From Candidatus Lambdaproteobacteria bacterium RIFOXYD2_FULL_50_16 (lineage in GTDB: Bacteria > SAR324 > XYD2-FULL-50-16), in the NCBI GenBank assembly GCA_001783695.1, contig MFNE01000006.1, positions 4,113-68,112 on the forward strand: a stretch of DNA of 64,000 bases, in the 5' to 3' direction. How positions within the stretch are numbered: position 1 is the first letter of the stretch; each line of letters begins with the position of its first letter. The notes under the pieces were generated by a model. The model ran no database searches, was not told where the DNA came from, and was given only the letters and a program-made list of their open reading frames with translations. Below, one piece after another: positions 1 to 9,705 of this stretch. The position numbers and the translations under genes are program-made.

Positions 1-1791
1 GATCAGGGCACTTTTAGCCGCGTCACCCATAATAGCGTCGGCAAATTCACGAGTCAGATGGCCCATTTGGTCAATCGCGGCTTTTAGGGCCAAGGGATCA
101 TCCCCTTGGGCGATTTTTAGTAGGGCTTGGCGGTGCTCTTCGATGGCTTTGATTTCTGCGGGACTTAAATACTTAGGTGCTTGCTCCCAAACCTTGACCA
201 ATCCCGCCTCGATGGCTTCGGCCTTGGCGCGGAACTCGACTAAGTTTCGCATTGAAAAGTCGTCTAGCGCCTTTTCATAACTTTCCTTGATCATCCGGCT
301 GACCTCAGCCCTTTTGAGTCCGTGGGTGGGCACAATGTCGATCTGGGCCTTGACGTGGCTTCGTAGCTCTTCGGCGGTCACGGTTAAAAGCCCGTTGTTA
401 TCCACAAAAAAGGTCACCTCCACCTTGGGCAGACCGGCGGGCATTGGGGGAATTCCGGCTAGCTTAAAACGGCCCAGATTGCGGCAATCCTTTACAAACT
501 CGCGCTCCCCTTGGAAGAGGTTTAGATCAATGCCGGTTTGGTTATCAATACTAGTAGAAAAAACCTCGGTGGCCTTGGCGGGGATGCTGGCGTTTTTTAA
601 AACTAACTTAGAAAAAGTGCCCCCTAAGGTTTCGATCCCCAAAGACAGTGGGATAATGTCCATCAAGAGAAAATCCCTACGGCCCCCGGCAAGCAAATGC
701 CCCTGGATAGCTGCGCCTAAGCTCACGACCTGGTCCGGGTTAAGGCGAATGTGGGGCGGTTTGTTAAAATATTGTTCCACTTGGTGGCGGACCAAGGGAA
801 TCCTGGTGCTGCCGCCTACTAACACCACGTCGTCAATCTCTTCGGGGGTCAGATTAGCTTGATCTAAAGCCTGCGCGATATGGCCCAGGGTGCGCGTCAC
901 CAAAGGGGCAATTGCTTGGTCAAACTGCTCGCGTGTATAAACCAGCTCCTGATCGACCCCAATAGCAGGCAGGTGGATGTGGGTTTTGGTGTGTGTTTGG
1001 CTGGTCAGGTTGATCTTGATTTCTTCGGCTACCTTTTTTAGGTATTGGCGGCTGTGGGGGTCTAGTTCGAGTCCTCTAAGGAACTCTTTGGCGATTTGCT
1101 CGGCGACCAATTGGTCTAAATCGTCTCCCCCTAGGCGGGTATCCCCTTGGGTAGAAAGAACTTTGAATATCTTTTCTTTGAGTTCTAAAACAGAGACGTC
1201 AAAGGTCCCCCCGCCAAAATCATAAACCACGACCTTGCCCTTTTGCTTCTCACCCAGCCCATAGGCAATGGCGGCAGCAGTCGGTTCATTAAGGATGCGC
1301 ACCGCTTCGAGCCCCGCTAGTTCGGCAGCATCGCGGGTGGCTTGGCGCTGGCCATCATCAAAGTAGGCGGGAACGGTGATCACTGCCTTTTTAACGGGTT
1401 GGCCTAAAATCGCCTCGGCGCGGGTTTTGATCTCTACTAAAATCAAACTCGACATCTCTTCAGGGCTATAGCCCCGGTCCTCCGCCCAAAGCAGCAAATT
1501 GTCCCGGTCACCACTGCGAACCTCAAAGGGCAGGCGGCTTAGGTCTTCGCTAATATCTTTGGGCCCGCGGCCCATAAAACGCTTAAACGAATAAAACGTA
1601 TGTTTTGGCTGTTCTAAACGGGCGGCCAGGGCCGCTTGGCCGACCAATCGGCCCCTCTGGCCAAAGGAAACCACTGAAGGGACATGGCTGGTAATCTGCT
1701 CTGACTCCACCACCTCTGGCCCCTGCGGCCCCACCCAGGCGGCCATGCTGTTCGTGGTGCCCAGATCAATCCCTAAGATCAGTTCGCTCAT
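1..1791 (-). CDS. hscA: Fe-S cluster chaperone HscA (Hsp70 family); 3' end cut by window edge
   Basis: The 5' and 3' ends I translated read cleanly in the minus-strand frame running from 1791 to position 1; I did not check the whole frame for stops. It is absent from the ORF track, presumably because no stop lies inside the window. My translation of the 5' end is [37 protein letters not shown], which carries the Hsp70 phosphate-1 motif. The start overlaps the hscB stop (ATGA, 1788-1791). It is the distal gene of the isc operon. Confidence 0.85.
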   Translation of the reverse strand, partial: MSELILGIDLGTTNSMAAWVGPQGPEVVESEQITSHVPSVVSFGQRGRLVGQAALAARLEQPKHTFYSFKRFMGRGPKDISEDLSRLPFEVRSGDRDNLLLWAEDRGYSPEEMSSLILVEIKTRAEAILGQPVKKAVITVPAYFDDGQRQATRDAAELAGLEAVRILNEPTAAAIAYGLGEKQKGKVVVYDFGGGTFDVSVLELKEKIFKVLSTQGDTRLGGDDLDQLVAEQIAKEFLRGLELDPHSRQYLKKVAEEIKINLTSQTHTKTHIHLPAIGVDQELVYTREQFDQAIAPLVTRTLGHIAQALDQANLTPEEIDDVVLVGGSTRIPLVRHQVEQYFNKPPHIRLNPDQVVSLGAAIQGHLLAGGRRDFLLMDIIPLSLGIETLGGTFSKLVLKNASIPAKATEVFSTSIDNQTGIDLNLFQGEREFVKDCRNLGRFKLAGIPPMPAGLPKVEVTFFVDNNGLLTVTAEELRSHVKAQIDIVPTHGLKRAEVSRMIKESYEKALDDFSMRNLVEFRAKAEAIEAGLVKVWEQAPKYLSPAEIKAIEEHRQALLKIAQGDDPLALKAAIDQMGHLTREFADAIMGDAAKSALI

Positions 1792-2432
1792 GATAGGCTT
1801 TTTTCGATCGAGCGGGCGCGGTCCCGAAGGTTAATTAAAAATTTGAGTTTGCTTAATCCGGCTCTAATCGCCTCGACCAATTCGGGTTGATCTCCGTATT
1901 CGGTCAGTTTGCCAAACTGTTGCTCTAAAGCCTCTTCAATCTCTGTGGACAGCTTACTTATTTGTTTACTCAAGGGGCCAATGTCACGGCGCCCTTTTTC
2001 GGCTTCATCCAGGGCTTCTTGCAGGGCAAACGTCTCTAAAATAAAGGTTTGTGGTGGTTGACCCAAGACCGTGCCTAGCTCGGGCACTAATAAAGTGAGC
2101 AGGTAACGCCCGCGCAAGTAGGGATTAAATAAAGCGTTTTTAGCTTCGTTGAGTAGGGCCGTGTGTTCTAAACTTAAGGTTTGCTCTTGGGCTTCGGCAT
2201 TGGCGTAGAAGTCCGGGTGAAGGGCTAACATCATCTCTTCAAAGTTTTTTTCGATCCGCTTGGGATCCAGCTTAAAGGTTCGGGGGTGGCCAAAGATCGA
2301 AAAATAATCGTCCCCCTGGCCTAACTGCTGGATCTTCTCGCAGGTGTCGCAGTAGAGCCGGTGCTTTAGCTGGGCCGCGCAGGACTGGCAGCGCTCATTA
2401 TGATGGTGATGATGAGTAGCGGCCCCAGCCAT
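1788..2432 (-). CDS. hscB: Fe-S co-chaperone HscB (J-domain protein) with N-terminal His5/Cys4 extension
   Basis: 214 aa. J-domain with HPD motif ('[10 protein letters not shown]') and a helical C-terminal domain. Positioned between iscA and hscA. The N-terminus reads '[26 protein letters not shown]'. Confidence 0.8.
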   Translation of the reverse strand: MAGAATHHHHHNERCQSCAAQLKHRLYCDTCEKIQQLGQGDDYFSIFGHPRTFKLDPKRIEKNFEEMMLALHPDFYANAEAQEQTLSLEHTALLNEAKNALFNPYLRGRYLLTLLVPELGTVLGQPPQTFILETFALQEALDEAEKGRRDIGPLSKQISKLSTEIEEALEQQFGKLTEYGDQPELVEAIRAGLSKLKFLINLRDRARSIEKSLS

Positions 2433-2435
2433 ATT

Positions 2436-2780
2436 CTAACCAAAACTCGGCTGTTTGGGGCTGAAACTGGTGCCACAACCACAAGCGGCTTCGGCTTTAG
2501 GGTTGTTAAACTTAAAGCCGCGGTCCATCAGCGTGGTGTTAAAATCCACTTCAGTGCCGTCGATGTAGAGCAGCGATTTGCGGTCTGCAAAAACCCTGAC
2601 CCCGCCGGACTCAAAAATTTCGTCAAACTCGCCGGGCTTGTTGTCGAAGTCAAAGACATAGGTAAAACCAGCACAGCCGCCGCCCTTAATACCAATGCGA
2701 ATCCCAGTATCTTCGGGGAGATTGTTTTCAACAATGACCCGCTTGATTTCTTTTACGGCGTTTTCCGTCAGTTTGATCAT
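2436..2780 (-). CDS. iscA: A-type Fe-S cluster carrier IscA
   Basis: 114 aa. Motifs 'GGGCAGF' and C-terminal 'CGCGTSF'. isc operon context. Confidence 0.85.
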   Translation of the reverse strand: MIKLTENAVKEIKRVIVENNLPEDTGIRIGIKGGGCAGFTYVFDFDNKPGEFDEIFESGGVRVFADRKSLLYIDGTEVDFNTTLMDRGFKFNNPKAEAACGCGTSFSPKQPSFG

Positions 2781-2792
2781 GGTATCCTCTGG

Positions 2793-3164
2793 TTATTGTC
2801 GGTTTTTATAGTCGTTAACCGCTGCTTTGATGGCGTCTTCGGCCAATACGCTACAATGGATTTTGACCGGCGGTAAGCTTAATTCTTCAGCAATTTCGCT
2901 GTTGGTGATCTGGGCGGCTTCCTCTAAAGTTTTGCCCTTGACCCATTCGGTCGCGAGGCTTGAAGAGGCGATGGCGGAGCCACAGCCAAAGGTTTTAAAC
3001 CGGGCGTCCACAATCCGGCCATTTTCGACCTTAAGTTGTAACTTCATCACGTCGCCACATTCGGGCGCACCCACAATCCCGGTGCCTACCGAAAGGTCGC
3101 CTTCTTCGAAGGAGCCGACGTTTTTAGGTTGATTGTAATGGTCTAAGACCTTGTCTGAATACAT
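2793..3164 (-). CDS. iscU: Fe-S cluster scaffold IscU
   Basis: 123 aa. 'GAPECGDVMKL', 'FGCGSAIASSS' and 'LPPVKIHCSVLAEDA' supply three ligand Cys plus the LPPVK chaperone-binding motif. Confidence 0.95.
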   Translation of the reverse strand: MYSDKVLDHYNQPKNVGSFEEGDLSVGTGIVGAPECGDVMKLQLKVENGRIVDARFKTFGCGSAIASSSLATEWVKGKTLEEAAQITNSEIAEELSLPPVKIHCSVLAEDAIKAAVNDYKNRQ

Positions 3165-3176
3165 GAGGCTTCTCCT

Positions 3177-4403
3177 TTAATGTCCAGCCCATTGGATGCT
3201 TTTTAAGTCGATTCCGGCTTTGGCCATGTCGTATAAGGGCGACATTTCCCGCAGCCTAGTCACTGTGGCTACCACCTGCTCAATCGTGCGGTCGATCTCT
3301 TCTTCGGTCGTGAAACGACCCAAAGAAAACCGAATGGAACAATGGGCCAAATCGTCGCCGATCCCTAAGGCCCGCAACACATAGCTAGGCTCTAAACTGG
3401 CCGAGGTGCAGGCAGAGCCGGAGCTAACCGCAATAAATTCCAGGCCCATCATCAAGGATTCACCCTCGACAAAGGCAAAGCTGAGATTCAGATTGCCCGG
3501 TAGGCGCTGGGTTGGGTGTCCGTTTAGGTAGAGGTAATCAAGCTTGGCCGCTAAGCCTTGGTAGAGCCGTTCGCGCAGCGCAATCATTTTAACCGCCTCT
3601 TCTTCAAGTTCCAGTCTAGCCAACCGGCAGGCCTCGCCGAAGCCGACGATCCCCGGCACGTTAAGGGTACCAGAGCGCATTCCGCGCTCGTGACCGCCGC
3701 CGTGTAAGATTGGGGCCAAGCGGACCCGAGGTTGTCGGCGCCTAACATAAAGCGCCCCTACCCCTTTGGGGCCATACATCTTATGGGCTGAAAGGCTCAT
3801 CAGGTCGATACCCATCTCTTCAACATTTAGCTTAATCTTGCCCGCCGCTTGGGTTGCGTCGCAGTGGAATAAAACCCCCTTGGCTTTAGCGAGTTGGCCG
3901 ATCTCCTTTAAGGGGTGGAGGGTGCCAATCTCGTTGTTGGCCGCCATTAAGCTAATCAAGATGGTTTGGTCGGTAATGGCCGCCTCTAAAGCTTTGAGGT
4001 CGATCATCCCTTGGGGATCGACTGGCAAAAAGGTAACCTCAAACCCTTTGGATTCGAGGTAATGGGCCGGGTCTAGTACGGCCTTGTGTTCGGTAACACA
4101 GGTAATAATATGGTTGCCCTTTTTGCCATACATCTCAGCAACCCCTAATATTGCCAAGTTGTCTGATTCAGTCGCGCCCGAGGTGATAATAATTTCTTTG
4201 CCTTGGGCCCCGATCAGTTGGGCAATCTGCTCGCGTCCCTCTTCGACCCCTTGCTCCGCAGCCCAACCAAACTGGTGGTTTCGGCTAGCTGCATTACCGA
4301 AGACCTCGCCAAAATAGGGCAACATCTTCTCAAGCACCCGAGGATCGACTGGGGTAGTGGCTGAGTAGTCCAGGTAGATTGGTTTTGGATGGGTTGGGTT
4401 CAT
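3177..4403 (-). CDS. iscS: Cysteine desulfurase IscS
   Basis: 408 aa. PLP-lysine region '[17 protein letters not shown]' and active-site loop 'SSGSACTS'. Immediately upstream of iscU. Confidence 0.95.
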   Translation of the reverse strand: MNPTHPKPIYLDYSATTPVDPRVLEKMLPYFGEVFGNAASRNHQFGWAAEQGVEEGREQIAQLIGAQGKEIIITSGATESDNLAILGVAEMYGKKGNHIITCVTEHKAVLDPAHYLESKGFEVTFLPVDPQGMIDLKALEAAITDQTILISLMAANNEIGTLHPLKEIGQLAKAKGVLFHCDATQAAGKIKLNVEEMGIDLMSLSAHKMYGPKGVGALYVRRRQPRVRLAPILHGGGHERGMRSGTLNVPGIVGFGEACRLARLELEEEAVKMIALRERLYQGLAAKLDYLYLNGHPTQRLPGNLNLSFAFVEGESLMMGLEFIAVSSGSACTSASLEPSYVLRALGIGDDLAHCSIRFSLGRFTTEEEIDRTIEQVVATVTRLREMSPLYDMAKAGIDLKSIQWAGH

Positions 4404-4411
4404 GGTAATAC

Positions 4412-4852
4412 CTAGGATGAAAAAGGGATATCAATGGAGACCCCTTTTAAGATCTCCCGATTGGCGATGTCCGCCAGGGTCAGGCTGTCGATAAATTGTT
4501 TGATCTTTTTGTGGATCATCAAGATCGGGCTTTTTGCGGGGCAATTGGTTTCAGCGGAGCAACGTTTGTCAAGGCTGGTGCAGTCCGATAAAGACTGGCG
4601 GCCATCAATGGCGTCGATCACCTCGCCTAAAAAAATGTGCTCTGGGCGCTTGCCTAGGGCGTATCCGCCCATGGCGCCTCGTTTAGAGGCCAAAAGCCCA
4701 GACTGGGTAAGGGTTTTTAAGACGTTGGCCAGCATTTGTGCGCTAAGATTGTAGCGGTCTGCTATCTCTTTGGCGCTAGCGGGCAGTTCGGTGGCTTGTA
4801 AATGACTCAAGGCCACCAATGCGTAGTCTGCTTTTTTCGAGAGCTTTAACAT
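4412..4852 (-). CDS. iscR: Rrf2-family regulator IscR
   Basis: 146 aa. N-terminal wHTH ('[12 protein letters not shown]') and Cys triad '[14 protein letters not shown]'. First gene of the isc operon. Confidence 0.85.
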   Translation of the reverse strand: MLKLSKKADYALVALSHLQATELPASAKEIADRYNLSAQMLANVLKTLTQSGLLASKRGAMGGYALGKRPEHIFLGEVIDAIDGRQSLSDCTSLDKRCSAETNCPAKSPILMIHKKIKQFIDSLTLADIANREILKGVSIDIPFSS

Positions 4853-4929
4853 GTCTCGTAGTCTCTAGTTTGGGTTGCCAAACTGGCTAAGGCTTGTAGA
4901 TAATTAACCAGTCTGGCTATGTTCATATC

Positions 4930-4944
4930 GTACCAAATTGGTAC
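4930..4944. promoter_or_regulatory. 15-nt perfect palindrome GTACCAA-A-TTGGTAC in the iscR/ispH divergent region (candidate operator)
   Basis: Read directly: 7+1+7 inverted repeat, 42 nt upstream of the ispH ATG and 78 nt upstream of the iscR ATG. The binding protein is unknown. Confidence 0.3.
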
Positions 4945-4985
4945 TGATTGTCAAGAGCCAATCTCTAGTTTTTAGATTTAGACCT

Positions 4986-5810
4986 ATGAAAAACATCATC
5001 GTTGCTGAAGCTCAAGGGTTTTGCTGGGGGGTCCGACGTGCGTTGGATATTGTGGACCAACATGGGGCGGTCTCCATTTTGGGAGACCTGATCCACAATA
5101 AACAGGTCGTAAGCCAATTGGAAAAAAAAGGGAAAAAAGTGATCCACGAGGTCACTGGCGAAGAAGGCACCCCGATTGTGATCACCGCCCACGGCACGGA
5201 CATTAAAAATTTTAGGTTGCTCGAAGACCTAGAGATGAGGGTTGTTGATACTACTTGCCCTTTGGTTTCTAAAATATATGAGGTTGGGCATCAATTGGAG
5301 TCAGAGGGGTATCAAATCCTAATTATTGGTGACCGAAACCACGTGGAGGTCAAGGGAATCGCGTCTCGAATGAAGGACCCGATTGTGGTTAACGACGAAG
5401 CCGAATTGGTCGCAGTTAAATTACCCTCAAAGGTGGGAGTAATTAGTCAATCCACCTTCAGCCAACAAAAATTCGACAAGTTGGTCGCCTTAATAGCGCA
5501 ATCCGTCGATAACCTTAAAATAAATAACACCATTTGTGCCCCCACAAAAAAACGGCAACTTGCCGCCGAGGAATTGGCCAAAAAGGTGGATATTATGGTA
5601 GTAGTTGGGGGTTTTCATTCGTCTAATACCAAAAAACTCCACGCCATGGCCCAGCAACATGTGGAATCCCACCATATTGAGACCAAGAGCGATTTGGCCG
5701 CCGAGTGGTTTTTGGGAAAGCAGGAGATCGGGATCATTGCGGGAGCGAGTACCGCTGATTGGATTATTGAAGAGGTTTGCAGCCAAATCAGGGAGTTTGG
5801 CGACCAATAA
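4986..5810 (+). CDS. ispH: 4-hydroxy-3-methylbut-2-enyl diphosphate reductase IspH/LytB
   Basis: ORF 4938..5810. I prefer the internal ATG at 4986 (MKNIIVAEAQGFCWGVRRA). The three cluster-Cys contexts 'GFCWGV', 'DTTCPLV' and 'NTICAPT' are present. Confidence 0.9.
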   Translation: MKNIIVAEAQGFCWGVRRALDIVDQHGAVSILGDLIHNKQVVSQLEKKGKKVIHEVTGEEGTPIVITAHGTDIKNFRLLEDLEMRVVDTTCPLVSKIYEVGHQLESEGYQILIIGDRNHVEVKGIASRMKDPIVVNDEAELVAVKLPSKVGVISQSTFSQQKFDKLVALIAQSVDNLKINNTICAPTKKRQLAAEELAKKVDIMVVVGGFHSSNTKKLHAMAQQHVESHHIETKSDLAAEWFLGKQEIGIIAGASTADWIIEEVCSQIREFGDQ

Positions 5811-5886
5811 GGCACAGTCCTTGAACCTCTTTTCTTGGTGGTCCTCTGTAATCAATATGGGGCCAGCTATCTTTATTGGGTCGAAG

Positions 5887-6882
5887 ATGAAACCCACGCG
5901 CGCATTTTTTATTTTGCTGCTGCTTTTACTAGGGATAAGTCTGTCTGGATGCAAGGACACGAAGGCCACCCACGATGCCGGGCTTTTAGAAACCTGCAAA
6001 TATGCGCTAGACCAAAGCCTCTGGGACGATGCGATTACCGCCTGTTCCTTAGTCCTCACCGACGATGGATACCACCTTACCGCCCAAGCCTATATGGGCC
6101 GCGCGGACGCTAGCTTGTTTACTATTTTATCGAATCTTAGCGGCTCTGGCGGCATGGCCGCGCTGATTAATGGCTTGCCCACCGCTACCCAAGCCAAAGA
6201 TTACCTGTTGGCGCTTGATTTGCTGTTGGGGAGCATCAAAAAACCGGATCAATCGGTTTATTTAGAGGGGCTGCTGTTAAGTTCCATGTTGGTTTTAAAA
6301 GAAACCACCGCTTTGCTTAGTCTGGAGGTAGATGCTGCTGGCAATGTGACCCACTGCGCCAGTTCCGGCAGTATTTCCAGTTGCAGTTTTAACTTTGCCT
6401 TAGACCAAGGGACCTTTAGCTCCACCGACGTTGTGGCCGGAGAGATTCCGGTCTCCTTGACCTTCAGCGGCATGGGCACCACTTTTTATACAGGGGTTTG
6501 CGGCCACTCGACCAGCGAATCCCACACCACCAAAGTGGTGGATGCGACCAGCGATTTGGCCAATGGTTCGGGTGGTTATTACCCCCTAAAGATCACCGAA
6601 AAGATGACCGTTAATGGCTGCACGGTCCAATCCAATAGCCCGCTTTATTACAACAAAGTCGCCTCTGAAAACCTGACCACGTCGATCACCGGGTTGGACA
6701 AACTAAACTTTTACTCCAAGATGGATACGGGTAATAATTACACCCAGACCATTACTAAAGGGGTGCAAACGGCGACTAGTATTAATGTTTGCAACTCAGA
6801 CGCCATCCCCGTAACTGCGGCGTCCGATGGGAAACTCAACGACTGTGAGATCTTGTATTTCATGCAAAACCTCAGCCTCTAA
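5887..6882 (+). CDS. Cys-rich lipoprotein, family not recognised
   Basis: In-frame ATG 5887 gives MKPTRAFFILLLLLLGISLSGC (signal peptide plus lipobox L-S-G-C). The 5605-5886 extension in the ORF track overlaps ispH and is discarded. Confidence 0.6.
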   Translation: MKPTRAFFILLLLLLGISLSGCKDTKATHDAGLLETCKYALDQSLWDDAITACSLVLTDDGYHLTAQAYMGRADASLFTILSNLSGSGGMAALINGLPTATQAKDYLLALDLLLGSIKKPDQSVYLEGLLLSSMLVLKETTALLSLEVDAAGNVTHCASSGSISSCSFNFALDQGTFSSTDVVAGEIPVSLTFSGMGTTFYTGVCGHSTSESHTTKVVDATSDLANGSGGYYPLKITEKMTVNGCTVQSNSPLYYNKVASENLTTSITGLDKLNFYSKMDTGNNYTQTITKGVQTATSINVCNSDAIPVTAASDGKLNDCEILYFMQNLSL

Positions 6883-6884
6883 CC

Positions 6885-7985
6885 ATGAAACGTATAGGCC
6901 TACTCCTTTTTATTTTTCTCGGTTGGGTGCTGTGCGCCCAGGCGGTGGAGTATCGGCGGTTTGGCCAAGACCACCGGACTTTGGCGATGGGTAATACCGG
7001 GATTGTTACGGCTAATAGTTCAGCCGCCTTGTTTTATAACCCAGCAGCGATGGGCAATATTTTTAACTGGTGGGTGGACCTGCCGGTGACCATGTTGACT
7101 TATTCAGACGACACTAAGAATTTGATCACGGCGGCGCAAGACGGGAGTTTTAATCTAAATTCCCAAGAAGAGCAGATCGCTTTTATGCAGGATTTTGTAG
7201 GCAAGAATCCCTACGTTAAGTTCGACTTGGGCGCCAATGCTTTAATCAACCTTAAAGGGGGTTGGACGGTTGGGGGCAACTATACCTACGAGGCGGTTTT
7301 GGACTTAGAGGTTCGCAACCCGACGATGCCTGTAATCGACCTTTACGCCAAACTGGACCATATCCGCCAAACCGGCTTTTCTTTCCCCTTAGGTTCGGGA
7401 AAATGGCTTTTTGGGGTGACCGCCAAACGGGTAGAACGCACCGAAATAGCCGCAAGTTATTCGGTGGCCGATGCGCTTAATGAGGTACCCTTCCCAACCA
7501 TGGCCAGTGCCGGGGTCAACGGTAAGGGGTTGGGGTACGATGTGGGGATGATTTACCGCCAAGCCAGCAAAAGCCGGATGATGTGGGGGTTGGTGTACCG
7601 CCAGGAAATCGATTTAGGTGACGCTGGCAAAATCCCCAGCGAAGTGGCTGCCGGGGTAGCAATGATCCAAGAACTTGGATTTTTAAGATGGACGACCGCA
7701 ATGGACTTTAGAGACCTTACCTATCAGCAAGGTTCGTTGGGGGACAAAAGTCTGAATCGGCGCACCCATTTGGGCACCGAGATTGGCCTAGTCCCTTTAT
7801 CTAAAAACAGCAGCCTTATTTACCTTCGAGCTGGCTACGCCCAGGGCTGGGCCTCAACCGGTGCCGAACTGGCCTTGGGCCATTCCTTGGTTTTGGGTTA
7901 CACCAAATACACCGAAGAGCGCGGCGAATACGCCGGGCAAAAGGGTAGCCCTCGAACCATTCTCTACTTCTCCTCTGGCTTTTAG
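6885..7985 (+). CDS. Outer-membrane beta-barrel, TraF/PorV/FadL-like
   Basis: 366 aa. Signal peptide 'LCAQA', N-terminal 'RTLAMGNTGIVTANSSAALFYNPAAM' (typical of TraF/PorV-type barrels), alternating beta-strand pattern and C-terminal 'SSGF'. Starts 2 nt after the lipoprotein gene. Confidence 0.6.
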   Translation: MKRIGLLLFIFLGWVLCAQAVEYRRFGQDHRTLAMGNTGIVTANSSAALFYNPAAMGNIFNWWVDLPVTMLTYSDDTKNLITAAQDGSFNLNSQEEQIAFMQDFVGKNPYVKFDLGANALINLKGGWTVGGNYTYEAVLDLEVRNPTMPVIDLYAKLDHIRQTGFSFPLGSGKWLFGVTAKRVERTEIAASYSVADALNEVPFPTMASAGVNGKGLGYDVGMIYRQASKSRMMWGLVYRQEIDLGDAGKIPSEVAAGVAMIQELGFLRWTTAMDFRDLTYQQGSLGDKSLNRRTHLGTEIGLVPLSKNSSLIYLRAGYAQGWASTGAELALGHSLVLGYTKYTEERGEYAGQKGSPRTILYFSSGF

Positions 7986-8126
7986 CCATCCCTTCCCATT
8001 GCATCTTTGGCCGTTTTTGGGTGACAAAGTGCCAAAGGAAACGTAGCATAAGCAGATATTATAAAACTTTGCTACCAAGTCGCTTCCGCTCCCCCCTGGA
8101 GAGGTCAAGCACAGCCCAAGGGAAAC

Positions 8127-9596
8127 ATGAACAAAGTACTCGAAACCACGGATCATAACCGACCTGCCTATAAAGTTGCTGACCTCAACTTGGCCGATTT
8201 TGGTCGAAAAGAAATGCGACTCGCCGAAGAAGAAATGCCTGGATTAATGGCACTAAGGTCGCGCTACCAAGAGGCAAAGCCTTTGGCCGGGGTTAAGGTT
8301 ATGGGCAGTTTGCACATGACCATTCAAACCGCCGTTTTAATCGAGACCTTGACTGCCATAGGCGCAGACGTCCGTTGGGTTAGCTGTAACATTTTTTCTA
8401 CCCAAGATCATGCGGCAGCCGCCGTAGTAGTTGGGCCAAACGGCTCTGTTTCCCGCCCCACGGGGGTTCCGGTTTACGCTTGGAAAGGGGAAACCTTGGA
8501 TGAATATTGGTGGTGTACCGTGCAGGCCTTAGTTTGGCCCGATGGCACTGGTCCTGACCTGATCGTTGACGACGGCGGCGACGCTACCCTGTTTGTTCAC
8601 AAGGCCAAGGAATACGAAGCCGCTGGCTCGGTCCCTACCTTTGACGAAGCCAACGAGCCTGAAGAGTGGGGTGTTATTCTGCATACGCTGCGCTCTGAAT
8701 TGGCGGCCCACCCTGGTCAATGGACGGCGATTGCTAACGGGATTAAAGGGGTTTCAGAAGAAACCACCACTGGCGTGCATCGCCTTTACCAGATGGAACA
8801 AGAAGGCAAACTGCTTTTTCCGGCGATCAACGTTAACGATTCGGTTACCAAATCTAAATTCGACAACATCTATGGCTGTCGCCACAGCTTACCCGACGGT
8901 CTAAACCGCGCCACGGACGTGATGATCGGCGGTAAGGTTGCGGTGATTTGCGGTTTTGGCGAAGTAGGCAAAGGTTCGGCGCAATCACTACGAGGCCAAG
9001 GCTGCCGCGTAATTGTTACGGAAATAGACCCGATTTGTGCCTTGCAAGCAGCGATGGAAGGTTACGAAGTTCGCACCTTGAACGAGGTGGTGGGCGAAGC
9101 GGACATCTTTGTTACCACGACCGGTAACTTCGATGTAATTCGGGTTGAAGACATGGCCCGGATGAAAGACAAGGCGATTGTAGGCAACATCGGTCACTTT
9201 GACAACGAGATCGACATGGCTCGCTTGGCCAAGGTCCCTGGGATCAAGAAAACCAACATCAAACCCCAGTATGACATGTGGACCTTCCCTGACGGACATT
9301 CGGTCATGATTTTGGCAGAGGGGCGCTTGCTTAACCTAGGCTGCGCCACCGGGCACCCCAGTTTTGTAATGTCCGCTAGCTTCACCAACCAAGTATTGGC
9401 CCAGCTTGACCTGCATCACAATCACGAAAAGTACGAAAATAAGGTGTATATGTTGCCTAAGAAATTGGACGAGGAAGTGGCCCGGTTGCACCTCGCCAAA
9501 TTGGGCATCAGCCTCACCCGCTTGACCCCCGCCCAGGCGGATTACATTGGTGTTCCCTTAGACGGGCCCTACAAGCCTGATCATTATCGTTATTGA
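8127..9596 (+). CDS. ahcY: Adenosylhomocysteinase
   Basis: 489 aa. '[10 protein letters not shown]' NAD-binding loop, '[11 protein letters not shown]', C-terminal 'YKPDHYRY'. Confidence 0.95.
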   Translation: MNKVLETTDHNRPAYKVADLNLADFGRKEMRLAEEEMPGLMALRSRYQEAKPLAGVKVMGSLHMTIQTAVLIETLTAIGADVRWVSCNIFSTQDHAAAAVVVGPNGSVSRPTGVPVYAWKGETLDEYWWCTVQALVWPDGTGPDLIVDDGGDATLFVHKAKEYEAAGSVPTFDEANEPEEWGVILHTLRSELAAHPGQWTAIANGIKGVSEETTTGVHRLYQMEQEGKLLFPAINVNDSVTKSKFDNIYGCRHSLPDGLNRATDVMIGGKVAVICGFGEVGKGSAQSLRGQGCRVIVTEIDPICALQAAMEGYEVRTLNEVVGEADIFVTTTGNFDVIRVEDMARMKDKAIVGNIGHFDNEIDMARLAKVPGIKKTNIKPQYDMWTFPDGHSVMILAEGRLLNLGCATGHPSFVMSASFTNQVLAQLDLHHNHEKYENKVYMLPKKLDEEVARLHLAKLGISLTRLTPAQADYIGVPLDGPYKPDHYRY

Positions 9597-9607
9597 TCTT
9601 CTTTAAG

Positions 9608-9632
9608 AACCCGGCCCTTGGGCCGGGTTTTT
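9608..9632 (+). terminator. Rho-independent terminator after ahcY
   Basis: 7-bp GC stem CCCGGCC/GGCCGGG with a CTTG loop, followed by TTTTT. Confidence 0.7.
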
Positions 9633-9705
9633 GCCCTTCCGCTGGACCCACTTCAAGACCCAACTAGACAGCAATTAGGTTGACCCAACCCTTCCTCCGT
9701 AGTAT

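Noticed and set aside
398-406. Perfect DnaA-box consensus TTATCCACA
   Set aside because: It is a single copy inside the hscA coding sequence. About one such 9-mer is expected by chance in 64 kb on two strands, and there is no cluster or AT-rich unwinding element nearby.
287-1225. Plus-strand ORFs 287-862 and 977-1225 from the ORF track
   Set aside because: They lie antisense to the hscA frame, whose 5' and 3' ends read as Hsp70-type sequence. Their translations are Ser/Pro/Arg/Trp-rich shadow sequence.
5605-5886. 5' extensions of track ORFs (5605 for the lipoprotein, 4938 ispH, 16240 folE, 42061 ABC ATPase, 55820 ribBA, 63530 lipoprotein, 25585 ferredoxin, 46655 speE-like)
   Set aside because: The extensions overlap upstream genes or terminator hairpins, or they start at non-ATG codons. 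Internal ATGs give canonical N-termini or signal peptides, often with an RBS or an ATGA coupling.
7986-8126. SAH riboswitch upstream of ahcY
   Set aside because: I could not find the conserved GAGGAGCGCUGC ... AGGCUCGG ... AACGGCGCUC blocks. Only a loose CTTTGGC/GCCAAAG hairpin (8005-8037) is present. A covariance-model scan would be decisive.
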